From Raillietiella orientalis (lineage: Eukaryota): DNA of 64,000 nucleotides. Both the position numbers and the translations under genes were made by a program. The stretch spans positions 1,240,001 to 1,304,000 of the forward strand of contig JAYWIR010000011.1 in the NCBI GenBank assembly GCA_036172245.1. Reading direction: 5' to 3'. This document shows, piece by piece, positions 61,042 to 64,000 of this stretch. Below the pieces are notes generated by a model that was not told where the DNA came from, did no database searches, and saw only the letters and a program-made list of their open reading frames with translations. Each line of letters opens with the position of its first letter. The stretch's first letter is position 1.

Positions 61042-63450
61042 ATCCAAACGGCCTAGGACTCGCCCCGTGTTAGCTCGGGGTTCACGGGGGAGGGGGCGGG
61101 AGGACAAGGGGGCGGTGTGTCCACTTTCGTCGCCTCGCTGCGCATGCACGGTCCCTCTCGGGTGGGGGCGACGCTCCAAGGCGCAGTGGAGAGGAGGGAA
61201 AGAAAGGGAAGCGTCGGGGGAGGAGGGACCAAAAACCCCACGACAGAGAGGAGCTCTTGCTGGGGTGCCAGGACGGGTGGAGGTCCTGGCTCTCGCCTCG
61301 TTTTCGGGGGAGAGCAGGTCTCACCTTCCACCTCCTCGGTTGTCTCTCCCGCGAGCCGTGGAACTGGGAAGCAGGCTTCGCAGCGGAGATGACCCCACGC
61401 GCTCTCCCGGGCGAGAGGGAAAGGACGCCGCCAAGTTTGCGCCGAGGATTGCGCCCGCAAGATAAGAACTCATCTCCCTCCGAACCCCTTTCACCGAACT
61501 TTTGTTTTTTTTGGCTCCTCCACACTGCCTCCCCCCCCTCCCCTCCTCCTCCTCTCCCCGCACTGGGATGGGAGGATTTTCCCGGGGAAACGGCTGGAAG
61601 CACTCCCTACGCACTCCCAGCTACACCGGGCAGTTCTCCGTCTCTGTGGCGGTTGCACGAGCGCCTGCTCTTCCGCCTTCCGTTCGGACTGGACCGCGCG
61701 CCGGCGATGCCGCCAGGTGGCCCGCCAGTGTCCGCTCTCGTCCCTTCGGTCTCGGCTCGCCTTCAACCGGAGGACAAGGAGTAAAGGGGGCGTCTTCGAA
61801 GGCACCCCCGGATGGGCGGTCAGGACGTCACGCTGGTTTTCGTTTCTGAGGTCGCCCCGAACAGGATCGCTGGTGCTCGCCTGCTTGACCGCATTTCGCG
61901 TCAGCCGCCAGAGAGCCTCCACGTGCAAGGGTTGCCAAAGGTTGTTGCTGCCTCCTCCAGGGACACGTAAGCAAGCATGCTTTCTCGCACGCATAGAACA
62001 CTGCACTCCGGAGACTGGTCGAAAATCTCGAATGTCGAAATCCCGGAAGATCACCAGAAAGAAACACACGAGTGTTTCTTCCACACAGATTCATATACAT
62101 ATTTATTTTAACATGCATGTTATTCGTATTTATTAACGTACATATTAATCAACAGTAATATTATTGGAGCAGGCATATTCATTAAGATTCAGGGACATTT
62201 ATTTTATTGATAAAATTAATAAGCTATTAATATATATATATATATTAATTATAGGAAATAAATAGATGTGCTTATTATATACATCAGTATTTATATTTCA
62301 GTAATGAGCATACACATTCATTTTTCGTAATTTTCTTGATATATATTAATCCATGTATTATCCATGTACATGTATGAATACGTATATTTTGCGCTCTTTC
62401 GGGATTTTGATGTCCGCAACCACGTCGACAAATGCGGGCGCCAAGGCGCCATCAAAGTCGGAAGGCGTTCTGGCATCATTGGCGAGTGCTCATTTCGGCG
62501 GGGCGACGCGACCTCTTCTCGCGGGAGCCGTGCGTAGCTCTCGGCAGCGCTCAACAATGGAAGCGCGAAGTCGAGACTGCAGGGGTGCCAGCGCTCCTCT
62601 AAGTTCCGACCGGAGCGGCTCCACCACTGAGAATAGGATCTTGCTGAAATGGAACAGTGCGTAAGGGTTTTAGGGGTACGTATCCTACTTTGGCGCATGG
62701 ACTCGATTGCACTTTCATTAGTGCGGAACCTGTGAGCTCTCAGAAGTTCACTTTCACTTCGTAATGAGGATCGGAGAACTTTCGTTCCAGGAAAGCGCAC
62801 GAAAGCCAAGGTGCACCCTCTTACTTTTTGCACCGTGGAATGTTCTCGATGATCTTAAGGAAAGATTCCGCCAGGCAGGCTAGGTAAGAGAAAGCGAATG
62901 GGGAGGGAGCCAAGAACAAACAGAAATCGGAGGCTGCACCAGAAAGTATCACTGGTGTGGGAACACTGTAGTCTTTTCCGAAGAAATGGAGCTCGAGTAC
63001 ACCGAACACACTGAAGCATTCGGGAGCAGCGTATTCGACTATGCGAGTTTATTTCATTTTATTTTACTTTTCTTCACAACAGCTCGGGTTTTCGACTTCT
63101 GCTCCTCTTCAGAAGCCCTGCTGCTCCACATCCCGGACTGATAAGACCTCCATGCGCTGCTCAAGTTGCGTGAGACCTTCGGGTCTTCTTCTCCCGTCAG
63201 GGTTGTTTTCCTTTCCGAACAGGAGGCTGACAACGCTGAACGAAGACTTCAGGAAGAAGACGGGGAGAGTGAAGTGCCTTCATCTGGGAAGGAGGTTCGA
63301 GAGAACCCACCGTTGTAGAGCCCTGGACGCATCGTAACGGAGAGCGTCGAAGGACTTTCGCCTCGACGTCCAACGTTTCGTACTCCGGTGGGGAGTTTCC
63401 ACCCCGTCACGCAGGGGCTCTTGCTGAAAAAACAAGAAACTTACAACGAA

Positions 63451-64000
63451 TGGTGTAACACGTAATCCCACCATGTTCGATTCTGCAAGGAACCCCTCCG
63501 GCGAGGCTCACTTCGGCAGCGGTGGGGAGAGGAAAACAAAAAACAAAAAACAAAAGACAAAATAAAATAAAAAAATACATAAAAATAAATAAATAAAAAC
63601 TCTCTGTAGGGCCGGGAAGGGATCACTGCCCTCTTGAGAGAGTCTTCAGCATCCTATTCAGGAAGCACATTCAAAGTCGGCAAGTTCCTTCTGGATAGCA
63701 TCCAGGTGGGACCGTTTGAGTGCTATCAGGGGAAAGCAAGCTGCAAGCTGGATAGCGTCCCTTCCGTTCGCTCCTCCTTCAGCGTCGCTCCAGGCCACTA
63801 CAAATGCAGTGGATGCGGCAAAAAGCTGCTAAGTCTGCGCCTGGAGTCAGGGCATCCCACATGAAAAGGAGTCATACCTGGGCCTGCCAACCGGGACCCT
63901 CAGGGTCGTCTCGGAACATTTCCAAAATGGCCGGAGGGCAACACAGTTCACAAGCAGGTGCGGGAGGGATTCTCGTTCTTCGAACCTACGACAGTCCGAA
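63451..64000 (-). mobile_element. 3' end of another copy of the non-LTR family (continues beyond the window)
   Basis: Same minus-strand order: ggatgctgaagac...cagtgatccc, T-rich tract, ccgctgccgaagtgagcctcgccgg, terminal tggtg..cacca hairpin. Confidence 0.55.

Noticed and set aside
1..64000. Prokaryotic systems (CRISPR arrays, operons), tRNA or rRNA genes
   Set aside because: No regularly spaced repeats, cloverleaf or rRNA-like sequence seen; the window is intron-containing animal DNA.

Overview
Eukaryotic, almost certainly arthropod, genomic DNA with spliceosomal introns. All gene models were built by hand from splice signals and reading-frame phase. (1) A 10-coding-exon Rbfox/Fox-1 gene lies on the minus strand (4250-13814); its 93-nt RRM exon is flanked by UGCAUG motifs. 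(2) A septate-junction claudin locus lies on the minus strand (26967-31440). A complete Sinuous-type N-terminal exon with its own ATG sits inside an intron of a Kune-kune-type gene. Both N-terminal halves end at the same residue and phase, and only one C-terminal half is visible, so two claudin types appear to come from one locus through alternative first exons. This is the most striking observation. (3) Two divergently oriented GC-rich genes encode unrecognised secreted proteins (34760-36216 minus; 52418-61041 plus), and a small membrane-protein candidate lies at the left edge. (4) A strand-skewed block at about 40-50.5 kb holds co-oriented decayed L1/Tx1-like non-LTR retrotransposon copies with a conserved structured 3' end. 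Dispersed repeats, hairpins and microsatellites are also present. Family assignments rest on recalled protein motifs, not on database searches.
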